Source of the DNA: Patellaria atrata CBS 101060
Lineage: Eukaryota
Direction of reading: 5' to 3'
Length of the DNA stretch: 64,000 bases
Assembly: GCA_010093705.1 (NCBI GenBank)
Contig: MU006102.1
Location: 252,123 to 316,122 of the forward strand
Both the position numbers and the translations under genes were made by a program. The notes under the pieces were generated by a model. That model did not search any database, was not told where the DNA came from, and saw only the letters and a list, made by a program, of their open reading frames with translations. Numbering within the stretch: position 1 is the first letter of the stretch; each line of letters begins with the position of its first letter. Shown here one piece after another: positions 52,528-64,000 of the stretch.

Positions 52528-53409
52528 TCATGCAATCGGCAACGTCGACACAACCGACCAAGGCATAACCCAGCCCCTTCCCTCCCCCCAAACCTCCACC
52601 CAAGCATTATCAACCCATCCCATCTCCCCAGCCTTCGTCTCCTCCCTAATCGCATACAACTCATCCAACCACGCCGGGACAAACGTCCCCGGTCCCTTAA
52701 CCTTACCCCCCGCAACGGCCCTCTGCGCCGCGATCTCGTACACCAACACGCCAGCCAGCACAGCCATCAGCGCATCCTCCCTCCCGACCGCCAGGACAGC
52801 CGCGACGGCCGTGCCGAGCGCACACCCGGACCCGGTGAATTCGCCGAGAAGGGCGTTCCCGTTGCTGATGGAGAACACGATATGCCCGTCCGAGAGCACG
52901 TCCGAGGACCCGGTCATGAGGACGAGACAGCGCAGTGTTCGCGCGAGGGATTTCACAACCCGCGCTTTCGCCTCGGGGGGGAGGGAGGCGGTGTTGTCGA
53001 CGCCGCGCTGCGTCGCTCCCTCCGGTAAGTTGTCTGTTCCGGCGATTGAGGCGACGGCGAGGATTTCGCTGGCGTTGCCTTTTATGAGGGTGGGGTAGCC
53101 GTGGGTTAGGAGATGTTGGACTGCGGAGCGCCGGAAGGGGGTGGCGCCGCAGCCGACGGGGTCGAGGATCGTGGGGGCCCCGGTACGGTTATAGGTGGCT
53201 AGGGCGGTGGTGTAGATTGGGAGGAGGGAGGGTGTGAGGGTGCCGAGGTTGAGGAGGAGGGAGGAGGCGAGGTGGGAGAGGGAGGGGACTTCGGCGGGGT
53301 TGAGGGACATTATTGGGGAGGCGCCGCTGCGGTGGGGGTAAGGTTAGTTTTGAGGTTGTTTTATGGGGAAGAGGTGTTGGGAGGTGGAGGGTTGGGTGTC
53401 AAAGGGAAA

Positions 53410-53454
<45 letters not shown>

Positions 53455-54739
53455 ATGACGGAGGAATGAGAAGGGATGAAGAATGATAGAAGGGGAAAGG
53501 GGGAAAGGGGGTTAATGAAAGGGATGATGAGGGGGGTATAAACAGACTTGAAATTATAGTAGATAGTGCGAACGTGGGAAGTGGATAGGGACAGACTTGA
53601 GTGAAGATGGAACGTGGAATGTAGAACGATACACGAGCGATTATCCCATGAATATAGAGATAGGGGAAATGATTACTCACATCGCTAATGCCACATTAGC
53701 TGCGAGATTTTGAACTACAGTGTTGGTCATGTTGTGGCATATTGGATTAGTATCCACGAGCTTCTTGATCAGTTCTGTGACAATCGGTTTGAAGGTTAGG
53801 TCCAACCGTACGTGGTTCTCATCAGCTTCAATCATCAGTTTGTGTTTCTTAACTTGGATAGCGAAAGGGGGAGGGGTTCTTATTAGAGAACGCAATTGTT
53901 TAGCTGCTGCTTCTGGGTCAAGTGCTGAGACAATAGCACTGACAACAGCAATCCCATCGAGTGATTTGGGAGGATTGATGCTAACGGACTGATACAAGAC
54001 TCGTTGAACATTGTCCTCATTGATTCCGCCGATACAGACGGTTTTGGGGGGAGTCTGGAGGGATGACAGGGCACCTAGTATGGAGCGTACGCCAGCCGTG
54101 CCGATGATGGATTTAGTGTTTTCTTTCCTTGTAGCTAAATGTCACTCGGCCGTCTTCTATATCGCTCTCATGGTGTACAATAAGCTTACGTGGGAGTTGC
54201 GAATACGGTTCCAATTCCAAGATAGTTCGCCCCTGCTTCAGCTGCTGCGAGTGCTTCCTCGGTAGATGATGCCGTCACGCCTATTATAGCATTATTGCCT
54301 AGAATTCTACGAGCAGAAGAAATGTCTATATTGCATTGAAATGATTTAGCCGGGGGAGCAATGGTAGTCCAAGAGGCAACTGTACTGTACCTATATCATC
54401 CTGTCCGATATGCACTCCCTCACAACCAACGGCGAGAGCTACATCGACACGATCGTTAATGAGCAGAGGGATGTTATAAGCTTGAGTCACTTCATGGAGC
54501 CTCTTTGCTGTTTGTATCAGATCCCTAGTCTCACTGACTTTGTCCCTGTACTGAACTATGGTAACACCTGATAAGCTATTATTAGTCTAAAACTCCGAAA
54601 TGCATTCTATACAATCACGCTGCATACCACCCTTAACGGCCTTCTCGACGACTTCTACAAGGTCCTGATCGCCCAGTATGACCTTGGTGGAGTCGGTGAC
54701 CAGGTACAGTGAGTAGTCTACTGTATCTTTGTTGACCAT
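52528..54739 (-). CDS. THI6: Bifunctional thiamine-phosphate synthase / hydroxyethylthiazole kinase, 5 exons
   Basis: DYSLYLVTD, VQYRDK, LLINDRVDVA, GVHIGQDD, IGGI, HNMTNTVVQN..AN, GASPIMS, LDPVG.GAT, IKGNASEI and TGSGCALG. Confidence 0.95.
53410..53453. repeat. Poly-G tract (44 G) in the THI6 intron
   Basis: Mononucleotide run seen directly. Confidence 0.95.
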
Positions 54740-55379
54740 TTTGACTGAGAACCGCTAGAATTCACCGTCTCGCAAAAGATGTTCCGGTGTAGTTCTAACT
54801 TGGAAGATTAGTTGTAAGTGAGTAGAGTTACCGTAGTACTTTTCTTATTGCCTTTGTACAAGGTAGCTCGCTAACGAGAATCTTGAGAGCAAGTGGATGA
54901 GCTCATTGAAAATTTTTGCTTGCTTCTGTTACTACCGGTCATAGGGACGTATAATGGGCAAAAAGCAAACTCCATTTCTACTGTTTGCACACTTGAATTG
55001 TCAACGTCGTGATTGCAGTAACTCGCGTTCCAAAGCTATACGGTCATTCTTAACCAGCCTTGAAATACGGAGTGCTGAGAGCAATACTAGGTAAGGCACA
55101 TATTCCGTGATCGGTTTCCCGATTCCGCGATAATGCAGTACGGGTACATTTCCGCAGATGAGACTTGGAAACATTCTGAACGTTAGTTCTAATACACGTG
55201 TCAGCTCTGACAGGCGGATAATGGACCTTGCTTGTATTGTCGTATATATGTTCCAGAAAGTGTGCCTTGGGGCCTCAAACGACCGAAGCTGAAGTACAAA
55301 GTACAGTCATTCATACGCTGAGGTGTGGTTATAGTAAGGGAACTGCGCTAACAGCGCTTAATAGAAATCTTACTAAGGT

Positions 55380-55655
55380 AACATACCGTAGAATTAAAGC
55401 TTATATATATTTCTACGTATAGAATAGTAAATATAAAAATACCTATCTTATTTCTATAGAAATTACTTTTTAGACTATTTCCTTTTTTAAAATATAATAA
55501 TTTCAAATGTATTTAAATCTTATAATCTTAGTTTTTCTTTTCATATTACTAAATTAGTCTATTTTAAGAGTGTTTTTAATAGATTACTATTTTTTTTAAG
55601 TTAGATAGGAATTTCTACTAAACCTAATAGTATAACCACCTTAAGTAAATATGAG
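55380..55655. other. AT/TpA-rich island, possible RIP-degraded transposon relic
   Basis: Abrupt, very AT-rich, TA-dense stretch between the divergent THI6 and eIF5 genes. Confidence 0.5.
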
Positions 55656-55977
55656 GTTGTTAACTTGGTATAAGCTGATGCCAAGGCGATCACGGCAATC
55701 GGTCTAAGCGGCGTGACCCGCCATGGTAGAAAATCAAAAGCCCGTCCTTCTGCCTTCTCCTCCTTCTTGCTTGTGAAAACTTCCCACCCTTTTTCTTCAC
55801 ACCTAGCATCAGCGAATTTGCCACACACCAGATAAACCGTTTGAGTTTTCTCTCATCCATCAAAGCTCATCAATCCGCGAACTGCCGCGTTCCATCAACT
55901 CTCTCCACCACACAACGTCTGGATAGACACGTCTACACAAAGCCATCAGCAGAGTTAATACAGAAACAGTGCTGTTT

Positions 55978-56191
55978 ATGTATTCGCCCCGCGTTCACGC
56001 CTTCAGACACGAGCCGCCGCCTAAGCAGCAATCATTTCGCAAATTGCGGAAACCCAGTTGTAATTACCATTGTTCCAACGGCTAACCAGTCCATTTCACA
56101 ATTTACCCACAACATTATTCTACGATACAGACCAAATTGTATCAACTACATGTTTCTACTTGAACGTATAAGCCGTTTCATTCTTCTCTAA
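55978..56191 (+). promoter_or_regulatory. Two poor-context uORFs in the eIF5 leader (55978-56085 and 56150-56191)
   Basis: uAUG contexts TTTATGT and TACATGT (U at -3 and +4) versus main GAGATGG. Confidence 0.7.
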
Positions 56192-56255
56192 ACCTCACCC
56201 AAAATTCCTCTTCCTCGTCCGAGATTAACAACTATCCACTTCCAACACCGCAGAG

Positions 56256-57638
56256 ATGGCTCTCGTCAATGTCCGCCGGGATGTCACCGATCCCTTCTAC
56301 CGCTACAAGATGGAGAAGATCCAATCCAAGATTGAGGGCAAAGGGAACGGTATCAAGACTGTTATTGTTAACTTGGGCAACGTCTCCCAGCAGTTAGCTC
56401 GACCCCCAGCCGGTAAGTTATCGCCCCGGCAGTATTCCATCATTCGGTCCATCGGCTAACGAATCCATCCAGATGTCATCAAATATTTCGGTTTCGAACT
56501 CGGAGCGCAGACTACACTAAATCCTAGTGATGACCGCTGGATCATCAACGGTGCCCACGATGCCTCCAAGTTACAGGAGCATCTTGACGGTTACATCAGC
56601 AAATTTGTCCTCTGCAAGAAGTGCAAGAATCCTGAGACTGTGCCTCATATCAAAGACGGCCGCATTCTGCTCGATTGCAAGGCTTGTGGCCAACGCTCCG
56701 ATGTTGATCTTCGCCTTAAACTTGCTTCCTTCATGCTTAAGAATCAGCCTAAGAAAGGTAAGAAGGATAAGTCTACAAAGAAAGCTGAGCGCAAGGCAAA
56801 GAAGGAAGCCGAGCAGAATGGTAATGCTGACAATGGCTCCGGTGATGGAAGTAATGAAGAAAACGAGGATAATGCGAATGGCGAGAATGGTGATGTCGAT
56901 ATCGACGCTGGAAGCGACGATGAGCTCACCCGCCGCATCAACGCCGAAGCGAAAGAAATTGACGCAGCCGAAGACACCAAGGAAATCCAATGGTCTATTG
57001 ACACTTCGCAGGAGGCTATTAAAGCGCGTGCTAAAGATTTGCCTGATGATCTTAAGCGTGCCCTTGTCATTGATGAGGATGAGGATGGTGAAAGTGGCCC
57101 GTACGACCAACTCGGTAGCTGGATCCTGAAGACCGCCGAGGAGAAGGGTGGAGTCGCCAATGTAGCTGATGTTGATATCTATCTCAAGGCTAAGGATCTC
57201 GGTATTGAGACCAAACACAAGACTGTCGCCGTTCTTGCCCAGACCATTTTTGACGAGGCTATTGTAAAACAGATTGACTCTCGTGCATCTATGCTTAAGA
57301 AGGTAATTCTTTTAATTACCCTTTCCCTATACAAACTAAGATCTAACATGGTGTATTAGATGATGACTTCCGAACGTCACGAAAAAGCCTTCCTTGGCGG
57401 TACCGAACGCTTCGTTGGGAAGGAGAAGCCCGAGCTTATCCCACAGGTGTCTGCTATCTTGATGAAGTACTACCAGGCCGATCTTATATCCGAGGATGTT
57501 CTCAAGAGCTGGGGTACTAAAGCCAGCAAGAAGTATGTCGACCTTTCTACCAGCAAGAAGGTCCGCAAATCTGCCGAGCAATTCATCACCTGGCTTGAAA
57601 CTGCTGAAAGTGACGACGAGGAGAGCGACGAGGAGTAG
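56256..57638 (+). CDS. TIF5: Translation initiation factor eIF5, 3 exons
   Basis: [52 protein letters not shown] and W2 end [10 protein letters not shown]. Confidence 0.97.
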
Positions 57639-58266
57639 ATTCGATTAGTCTCCGTGAATCGTCTCTCCAAGAGTTTAGGTTTACGACCTCAGCGCGTGGT
57701 TGGATTACTGACCCCTGTCATTACAGTTGTCCTATTATTACTATATCTTCTTCTACCTTTCTCCTTATGACGGTAACTATTGCTTGGACTCAATGGTTCT
57801 GAAAATCACTTTTCATCGGCGTGTGGCATCACCTCCCCCCTCTAGCTAGCTTAGTCACTTAAAATTGCAACTTAATCTTACCTCTTAAAGTGATTGACGT
57901 ACCTGGTTTTTGAAGCACCAAACGGTTGAATATGTAGTACTATACAAAGGTACCTTAGTACCGATACCTTAGCCCTAACTTGCCCCTCCGGTTCCTTACA
58001 AGCTTACACGCCGCATGCTATCCCTGTGAAACATGAACCGTACCTGCGTCATCCCCGAGAGCCGATATCGATAAGGCTTAGGTTATTCCCATCCATGAAC
58101 CTCAAGCGAATATACTTCCCTTCACAATTTCATTATCCAGTACGATATAATCAATAATTTTTGCATCCAGTCCACACTTGAATGCTCCCTTTCCACAGAA
58201 AGATATAGCCAGTCAAATTTTCGAGCTTATCCAATACCATACACATCCCATCTACCCAACAGAACC

Positions 58267-58917
58267 ATGGATCCCTCGCTCAAGAACGGTGATGCTTTAC
58301 GAAGTATGTCTCTATCCCTTCTTTGAGTTTGAGCTTGAGATATGGGTGGACGGTGTGGAGTTGGGCTGATGTTGGATAGCGCGGATTGACAAGTTGACGC
58401 AGGCGCTCGTGCAGAGGTTCGAGGAGATTGTTGCCTTGGGTGCTGTGAGTGTTTGTGGTTTCTGTTTTCATTTTGTGCGCGGGGAGGTAGGAGGGTGGTG
58501 GGTAGATAGTAGGGGGTGGAAATTGGGAATTGGGGATGGGGAATTGAGGATTGGAATGCTGATATAAACTTGTGCTTGTGGATAGGTCGAGAAAACGGAT
58601 CTGACGTCCTCGGCGCATAATGCGTTGCAGATGGAGGTCGAGACCGCGGGATTGGTATGTCTCCTTTCTCTTACATCTTCAGGAAACTACCTTATACAAA
58701 ACGATCGTTGTTCCCGTTTGGGTATAGGACTGATTGGGCATAGGTTCGCGTAGCGGAAGACATCCTCGCCCTCACGCGCCAGATGCAGGAACTGTGGCTC
58801 TTTGGGCAGCTGAATACGCTGGGGAAGAGCGCGACGGAGGAGAAGACAGCGGAGGATGTTAGGGCTGTTGCGAGGTTGGTGGAGGGACTTGTTGGGGAGT
58901 TGGGGAAGCGGGGATAA
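58267..58917 (+). CDS. MED22: Mediator head subunit Med22 (Srb6), 4 short exons
   Basis: Spliced MDPSLKNGDALRTRIDKLTQALVQRFEEIVALGA|VEKTDLTSSAHNALQMEVETAGL|VRVAEDILALTRQMQELWLFGQL. Canonical GT-AG introns. Absent from the ORF track. Confidence 0.82.
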
Positions 58918-59230
58918 TTATGTTAGATCTTGGGTTTTGGGAAGGGAGGAAGGGGGGTATTATGGTGTTAGGGTCTTTTTTGAGGGGGATGTGTTTTGAT
59001 ACCCGTATGGTTAGGACTATAGTGATTGCGAATTTGCGAATCAATCACTTGTTTTACCTAGTCTCCGTGGTGAGATATCTCTGTTTCTAATATTTGTTCC
59101 ATGTCCGTCCGAATCGAGTAACTCCGCTCCACCCCCCATCGAAATTCCGCCCCTCGACATCCGTCACCTCATAAAAACCAATCTCTCCCACTACACCCCA
59201 TTGCACAATACACCACCCAACCCACACACC

Positions 59231-59977
59231 ATGAGCACAGAGACCACCACAATGCCATCCCCGCGTCTCCCCCTGACTCTCATCGTAGCCGCAACACCCT
59301 CCCTCGGCATCGGTCGCGCCGGTACCCTCCCCTGGCCCCCGCTCAAATCAGAAATGGCATATTTCGCGCGCGTCACGAAGCGGGTTCCCTCTTCCTTCCT
59401 CCAGGGCCCCAAAACCGTCGTCTCCGATCCCCAAAACGCGATAAAGGAGAAACAGTGGCTGAAGAATGTGGTCGTGATGGGCAGGAAGACGTGGGAGAGC
59501 ATACCGCCCCGCTTCCGCCCGTTGAGGGGGAGGGTCAACGTCATCGTTAGTGGGAGGGGAGTCCTCGACGGGATCGCTCAAGTTACGGACAAAGGTGAGG
59601 GGATAGCACAGGAGGGGAGAGATGAGGTCTTGGTGTTCCCGAGTCTGGAGAGGGCGGTTGAGGGATTGGAGGAACGGAGGGGGGAGAATGAGGGGTTTGT
59701 TCCGGCCAGGGTGTTCGTTATTGGGGGTGAGATGCTTTATAGAGCTGCGCTGGCGATGGCGCAGACGAGGTATGTCCTGCTGACGAAGGTGGGGAGGGAG
59801 TTTGAATGTGATGCTTTCTTTCCGGTAAATTTGGAGGGGGAGGAGGGGAAAGAACGGGGGTGGGAGAGGAAGGGTAGGGAGGAATTGAGTGCGTTTGTTG
59901 GGGAAGAAGTGGGTGAGAGGGAGAGGGAAGAGGTGGATGGTGGAGTGGATTTTGAGTTTTGTTTGTTTGAGCGGTGA
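59231..59977 (+). CDS. DFR1: Dihydrofolate reductase
   Basis: LIVAA..LGIG..GTLPWP.LKSEMAYFARVT, NVVVMGRKTWESIP, FRPL.GR.NVIVS, VFVIGG and ECDAFFP. Start could be ATG 59231 or 59252. Confidence 0.96.
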   Translation: MSTETTTMPSPRLPLTLIVAATPSLGIGRAGTLPWPPLKSEMAYFARVTKRVPSSFLQGPKTVVSDPQNAIKEKQWLKNVVVMGRKTWESIPPRFRPLRGRVNVIVSGRGVLDGIAQVTDKGEGIAQEGRDEVLVFPSLERAVEGLEERRGENEGFVPARVFVIGGEMLYRAALAMAQTRYVLLTKVGREFECDAFFPVNLEGEEGKERGWERKGREELSAFVGEEVGEREREEVDGGVDFEFCLFER

Positions 59978-60896
59978 GGGTTGGGAGAGGCGTATTGTGA
60001 TGTCCTGATACATCTCTTTGAAATATGGCATCAAGAGCCTTATCAGGTATGTCGTGTTCTCTGTCATATAACCAGTCCCTGAGTTACCAAACCTTCCGTT
60101 ACCTCTTTTGTGAGCTATATGAATGAGACTATGGGTACAGGTGTTCATTCTTACTAATTCATACCTGGAAAGATTGGACAACATAGACGAAAGCAGTATT
60201 AGTTTCCATTCCGTATGCGGCAATGCTCTTGGATGTTCCTAGGTACGGTTATAGATTAGACTGCACCTATACAAACTGGTCAAAGAGGCACAACTGGACT
60301 AGACAACCAGCTCATACGCCGATGAGATGATACGAAGTCTCCCAGTAATTCGACACGACCGATTTATAAGCTATGATCAGATTATATCAAATGGCTAGAG
60401 GATGGACAAGACCCGATCATGCGAACCTGTCACGCCGTACGGAACTACCGGTTTACACATGTATCACTTGGTATAGAATGAGCAAATCCTGAAATTGACT
60501 GACCCGTACAAATCAACGGGGTCGAGGAACCACGGGAATTTTTAAAGGAATGTTGCTCCTAGAACGGGGATACTCGCACCGTGCGATTGAACTTGCGAAA
60601 ATATTCGGATTGTACGAAACGACCGAAGTGTAAATGCTGACAAGTTTCACAGAAGAGGCAAAAATGGTACAAAAGTTAACCATTATACAGGGAGAAGAAT
60701 GATGAAGTGCTTCAGCGACCATTATTCCTCGAAATCACATTACCTATAGGGGGCTCTACGCTCTGTGATTGTTAGTATATAGATGCATATGCAGGGCTTG
60801 TATAGACACTGAGGATATGGAACTAAGATACTGGAGGAGAATATTTCCATATAATAGACTGCTAAGTATAACCCTATATACAAATTTCTAAGCGTA

Positions 60897-62354
60897 CTAT
60901 AGAAGTTCACCATTCCCAATAACCGTCCGCATCTTGGTATCCCCGCTCAAATAATCCCAGTTATCGAACTTTTGAGATTCTGAATTCCACATAAATATGT
61001 CATCACGGTCGCTCTGATAATAATCCAACTGAGCGTAAGAATCGCAGTGGGCGGCAAGACGAGTCACAACGACCACAGAAAGTCTGTCGAATCCGAAGTC
61101 GAGTATAGTACGCTTGAAGTCTTTAGGGTACTTGAAGTGGCCTTTCATTTGATCTGGAAAGACTTTCCAACGGCAAGGATAATAGTAGAGGAGCTTGATC
61201 TCCAGACTAGGGTGGCCGCGCTCGAATGCGAGGCTCAAGACATGCTTCAGCTCTTCGCCTTGAAAGCCTTTTCTGGTGACGAATGCGAAGCTAAGATCGA
61301 TGCAAAGCTTTCTAATCTTCCGGAAGTTCTCCGGTTTGACGTTGAGAATTGTATCCCGAACGTTTTGAATATGGTCTTCATCTTGACCGGCAGGTTGTGC
61401 GCGAATGAAGAATTGGTTTTTGCTGTAGAAGGTATGGAGCGCGAGATCACGCATCCCTCTGCTGATTTCGAACAGACTGTTGGGGAATTGAGGACAAACG
61501 CAGGTTTTCGACCACCATTTTTCACCTCGATTGCATGAACAGTACAGTTGATCTTCGCTGCACCACATACAACATTTTACAGGCAATGGATAGGCCCGTC
61601 CGTCTATATCGAGAAGTATTCCCCGAGCGTCCATCTCTGTGGAAAGGTTCTTCTGGGTCAACCCAGTGTGTGACAATACTTCCAGCTGTAATTCCGTCGG
61701 AAGACTTTGGAAGGGGAACGAGCTATCGCCAGGGGAAAGAAGTTTAGGAGTCATTCTTGGTGTGGTTTCCGAAGGACTAGTTTTCTCGAACGTATCTGGA
61801 TCTGGATGAGTATCGCGCAAGACCCTCAACTTCTTGACCAACCGGGGCATACCTTCGGATTCTCTTACAAAGTCCAGCTCTTCGGCATTGAAACTGAGCA
61901 CATGCGGCCGGACCTTCATCGCATACCAGCGGGACAAATTGACCCAGAACCATAAATCGAGCTGGAGATCATGTTCGCTGGTCTCTTCCCTATACCTAGC
62001 GAACAATCTGACCTGCACATTTGCGAGCCTCTTCAAGACCTCCATAGGTACGCCCTCGAGTTTGTTGAAAACGCTCGTATGCTCGAGTAGGAACTTATTC
62101 CCGCCGTACAGAATGTCCATCGCTTCGAGCCGCAGAGATTTGCATACCAGGAATAGCTGTACTGGTATCGGGACGGCTTCGCAGCTATTTCTGGCTTCTT
62201 GGGCGCACACTCCGCATGAGCGTAGCCCGGGGATATACTCTTGACCGTATTCAAGATAGTTCTTTCGGTCGAGGTTAATGGGGCATGAGCGTATCAACCC
62301 CGTTTTCTCCAATATGCGTTGTCGTATTTCTGCTGGGAGCTGTAAGAAAGACAT
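60897..62354 (-). CDS. Intronless protein with two F-box-like modules (485 aa)
   Basis: SFLQLPAEIRQRILEKTGL and FPFQSLPTELQLEVLSHTGL, each followed by a Cys cluster and an L..V/I....R..A....Y..N.F segment. Confidence 0.75.
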   Translation of the reverse strand: MSFLQLPAEIRQRILEKTGLIRSCPINLDRKNYLEYGQEYIPGLRSCGVCAQEARNSCEAVPIPVQLFLVCKSLRLEAMDILYGGNKFLLEHTSVFNKLEGVPMEVLKRLANVQVRLFARYREETSEHDLQLDLWFWVNLSRWYAMKVRPHVLSFNAEELDFVRESEGMPRLVKKLRVLRDTHPDPDTFEKTSPSETTPRMTPKLLSPGDSSFPFQSLPTELQLEVLSHTGLTQKNLSTEMDARGILLDIDGRAYPLPVKCCMWCSEDQLYCSCNRGEKWWSKTCVCPQFPNSLFEISRGMRDLALHTFYSKNQFFIRAQPAGQDEDHIQNVRDTILNVKPENFRKIRKLCIDLSFAFVTRKGFQGEELKHVLSLAFERGHPSLEIKLLYYYPCRWKVFPDQMKGHFKYPKDFKRTILDFGFDRLSVVVVTRLAAHCDSYAQLDYYQSDRDDIFMWNSESQKFDNWDYLSGDTKMRTVIGNGELL

Positions 62355-64000
62355 TGTACGGTGTCTTCACGAAAATTTCAGGTATATTTCAAGGGGAGAG
62401 AGTGTAAGAGGGTAGAGGGTGAACGGAGTAGTTAAGTAAGGGGTAAGTGTAGATGTTGGTGAAGGGTGGTATAGAATGAAGCTGTGTGAAATTAAACTGT
62501 AGAAGATTTGCGAGGAGCAGAAGAATGGGAGGATAGGTGCTGATTTATATGTGTGCAGTCCGCGCCAAGGGGCCATTCTGGTCAAAAAGACAATTAACGG
62601 GGATGCCCCTTTTCTCTGACATGTTTTATTCGAGCTTAGCTTTACCCAATTATCATTTTGACCGCATGTTAGGTTTTACCGTATACTTGTTCGAACATCC
62701 ACCGGAGGATTATTAAACTAAACTATGGATCAATTATCCTTGTCTATACATTTAAGTTATTTGTACGAGTTTGACTTTTTTATACCTTCTAGCCGTTTCC
62801 GTACGTTATAGTCAGATATCCCATTGAGGACGAGTCTGTAGTGAACTAAAAATAGTCATAATAGGGAAAATGATTCGTTCACATAATACCTACAAGCGAG
62901 GTTTTCAATAGTCAAGAGCAACAATAAATTCGATTTCATAAGTATAAACGACAAGAATTGTAAGTATTTACACCCCAATATTACAATATAAACACCTCCT
63001 ACACACACCCAATACACCTTCAAATCCTTCCCCTACACGCTCCCCATCGTTTTCACAAACGTCCTGCAACATTTAGAAACCATACACCCTAACACAATCT
63101 CAAAATCCACACCAACCACATCTCTACGAAACGTACACGCAAACCACCACGCCAGCATACCCCAGCGCACAACACGCCCACGAACCTCACAGTCCGCAAT
63201 CTTCCCTCTTTCCGTCTCCGAGAATACCTTAACCCATACCCTCTCGAGCAATCCAATATCTCCCCAGCCAGCTGAAAGGAACCGCGGTGTACAGCAGTAC
63301 TCGACCTCAAACCCCTTTTAGCGGTCCAGCACTCCTATGGCGTCGTTGCGTACGGATTTGCTGATGAAGGAGAGCTGTATGGGATTAGTGAAGTAATACA
63401 GCATTCCCCGGACTCGCGGGATGTTATTGGTTTGGGCTGACTGCGTACGGGTTGTCATAGTTCGAAGTTATGGGGCAAGAGCGTACGAGCCGGCTTCGGA
63501 GAGGAGGCTTTGTGGAGTGGTTTGAGGAAGTGCGGGGATGGTATTTTTGCGTACGGGGGTAGATGGTACGGACTGTACGGATGGGAGAAACTTGGCTTTG
63601 GTATAGTTATACCAGTGGTATGGAGGTGATGTGGTTAAGGCTGGTAAAGTGCAGGTGGTGGGAGTACAGTTAATGTGGTAGAATTCCAGCTAGTAAGAGT
63701 TATTCGTTGAAACAGTGTGAGGCTGTAGTGTGATGGAAGAATAATATGAGCAAAGAAGTTCAGAGACGTGGGACTCTTGATATAGAGGCCTCCAGAGCCT
63801 GCTGATAGTGGCCAAATATGTAATCTCAAAGTATGGTCGTGTTAAGTATCATGGGACAAATTCTGGAATTGTTACCGATACTGATCAACCAAGGTAAAGA
63901 AGTCGAAAATTCGTTGAAGGTAAGTTACGGTTCTCCTTCTCATGTTCTCTTGCTTCCATGGTTGATATTCATCAGATGTACTTACCTCTGGATATTATGA

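Noticed and set aside
53327..54900. TPP riboswitch in THI6 introns or leader
   Set aside because: I could not find the UGAGA and CUGAU..UAAU..GCG aptamer elements in the right arrangement.
5834..59977. Functional gene cluster (phosphatase regulators, Mediator subunits, or vitamin genes THI6/DFR1/FUN26)
   Set aside because: The genes are dispersed among unrelated housekeeping genes, with no shared pathway or backbone enzyme.
59348..60223. 291-aa antisense ORF over DFR1, and similar shadow ORFs over CRN1, TIF5, THI6 and the Zn2Cys6 gene
   Set aside because: They are antisense or frame shadows of well-supported genes with biased composition.
63150..63630. Possible pseudogene frame interrupted by TGA codons
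   Set aside because: No recognisable homology, and the strong compositional skew can produce long stop-poor frames.

Overview
Eukaryotic, intron-rich DNA from a filamentous ascomycete (Pezizomycotina-type GT-AG introns with CTRAC branch points). It holds about 20 mostly housekeeping genes: amino acid permease, PPN2-like phosphoesterase, FUN26-like nucleoside transporter, GH47 mannosidase, Mediator Med20 and Med22, a Zn2Cys6 factor, PSR1, SDS22, coronin, SLC35F-like transporter, PSY2, saccharopine-dehydrogenase-like oxidoreductase, a RING-PHD protein, THI6, eIF5 and DHFR, plus a Kex2-type secreted Cys-rich protein and a tandem F-box-like protein. The most unusual region is 25.8-28.0 kb, a non-coding nest of four diverged ~500-bp solo-LTR-like units (TGTTAC...GTAACA termini, one with a 5-bp TSD). 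Their sequences show compensatory base changes in several helices, pointing to a conserved ~300-nt structured RNA, and each copy carries a different long hairpin at the same position. Other signals are poor-context uORFs in the eIF5 leader, repeated C-rich to G-rich skew switches independent of gene orientation, a GC-AG intron, and a zinc-ribbon small ORF. All gene models were assembled by eye and family calls come from recalled motifs, not database searches.
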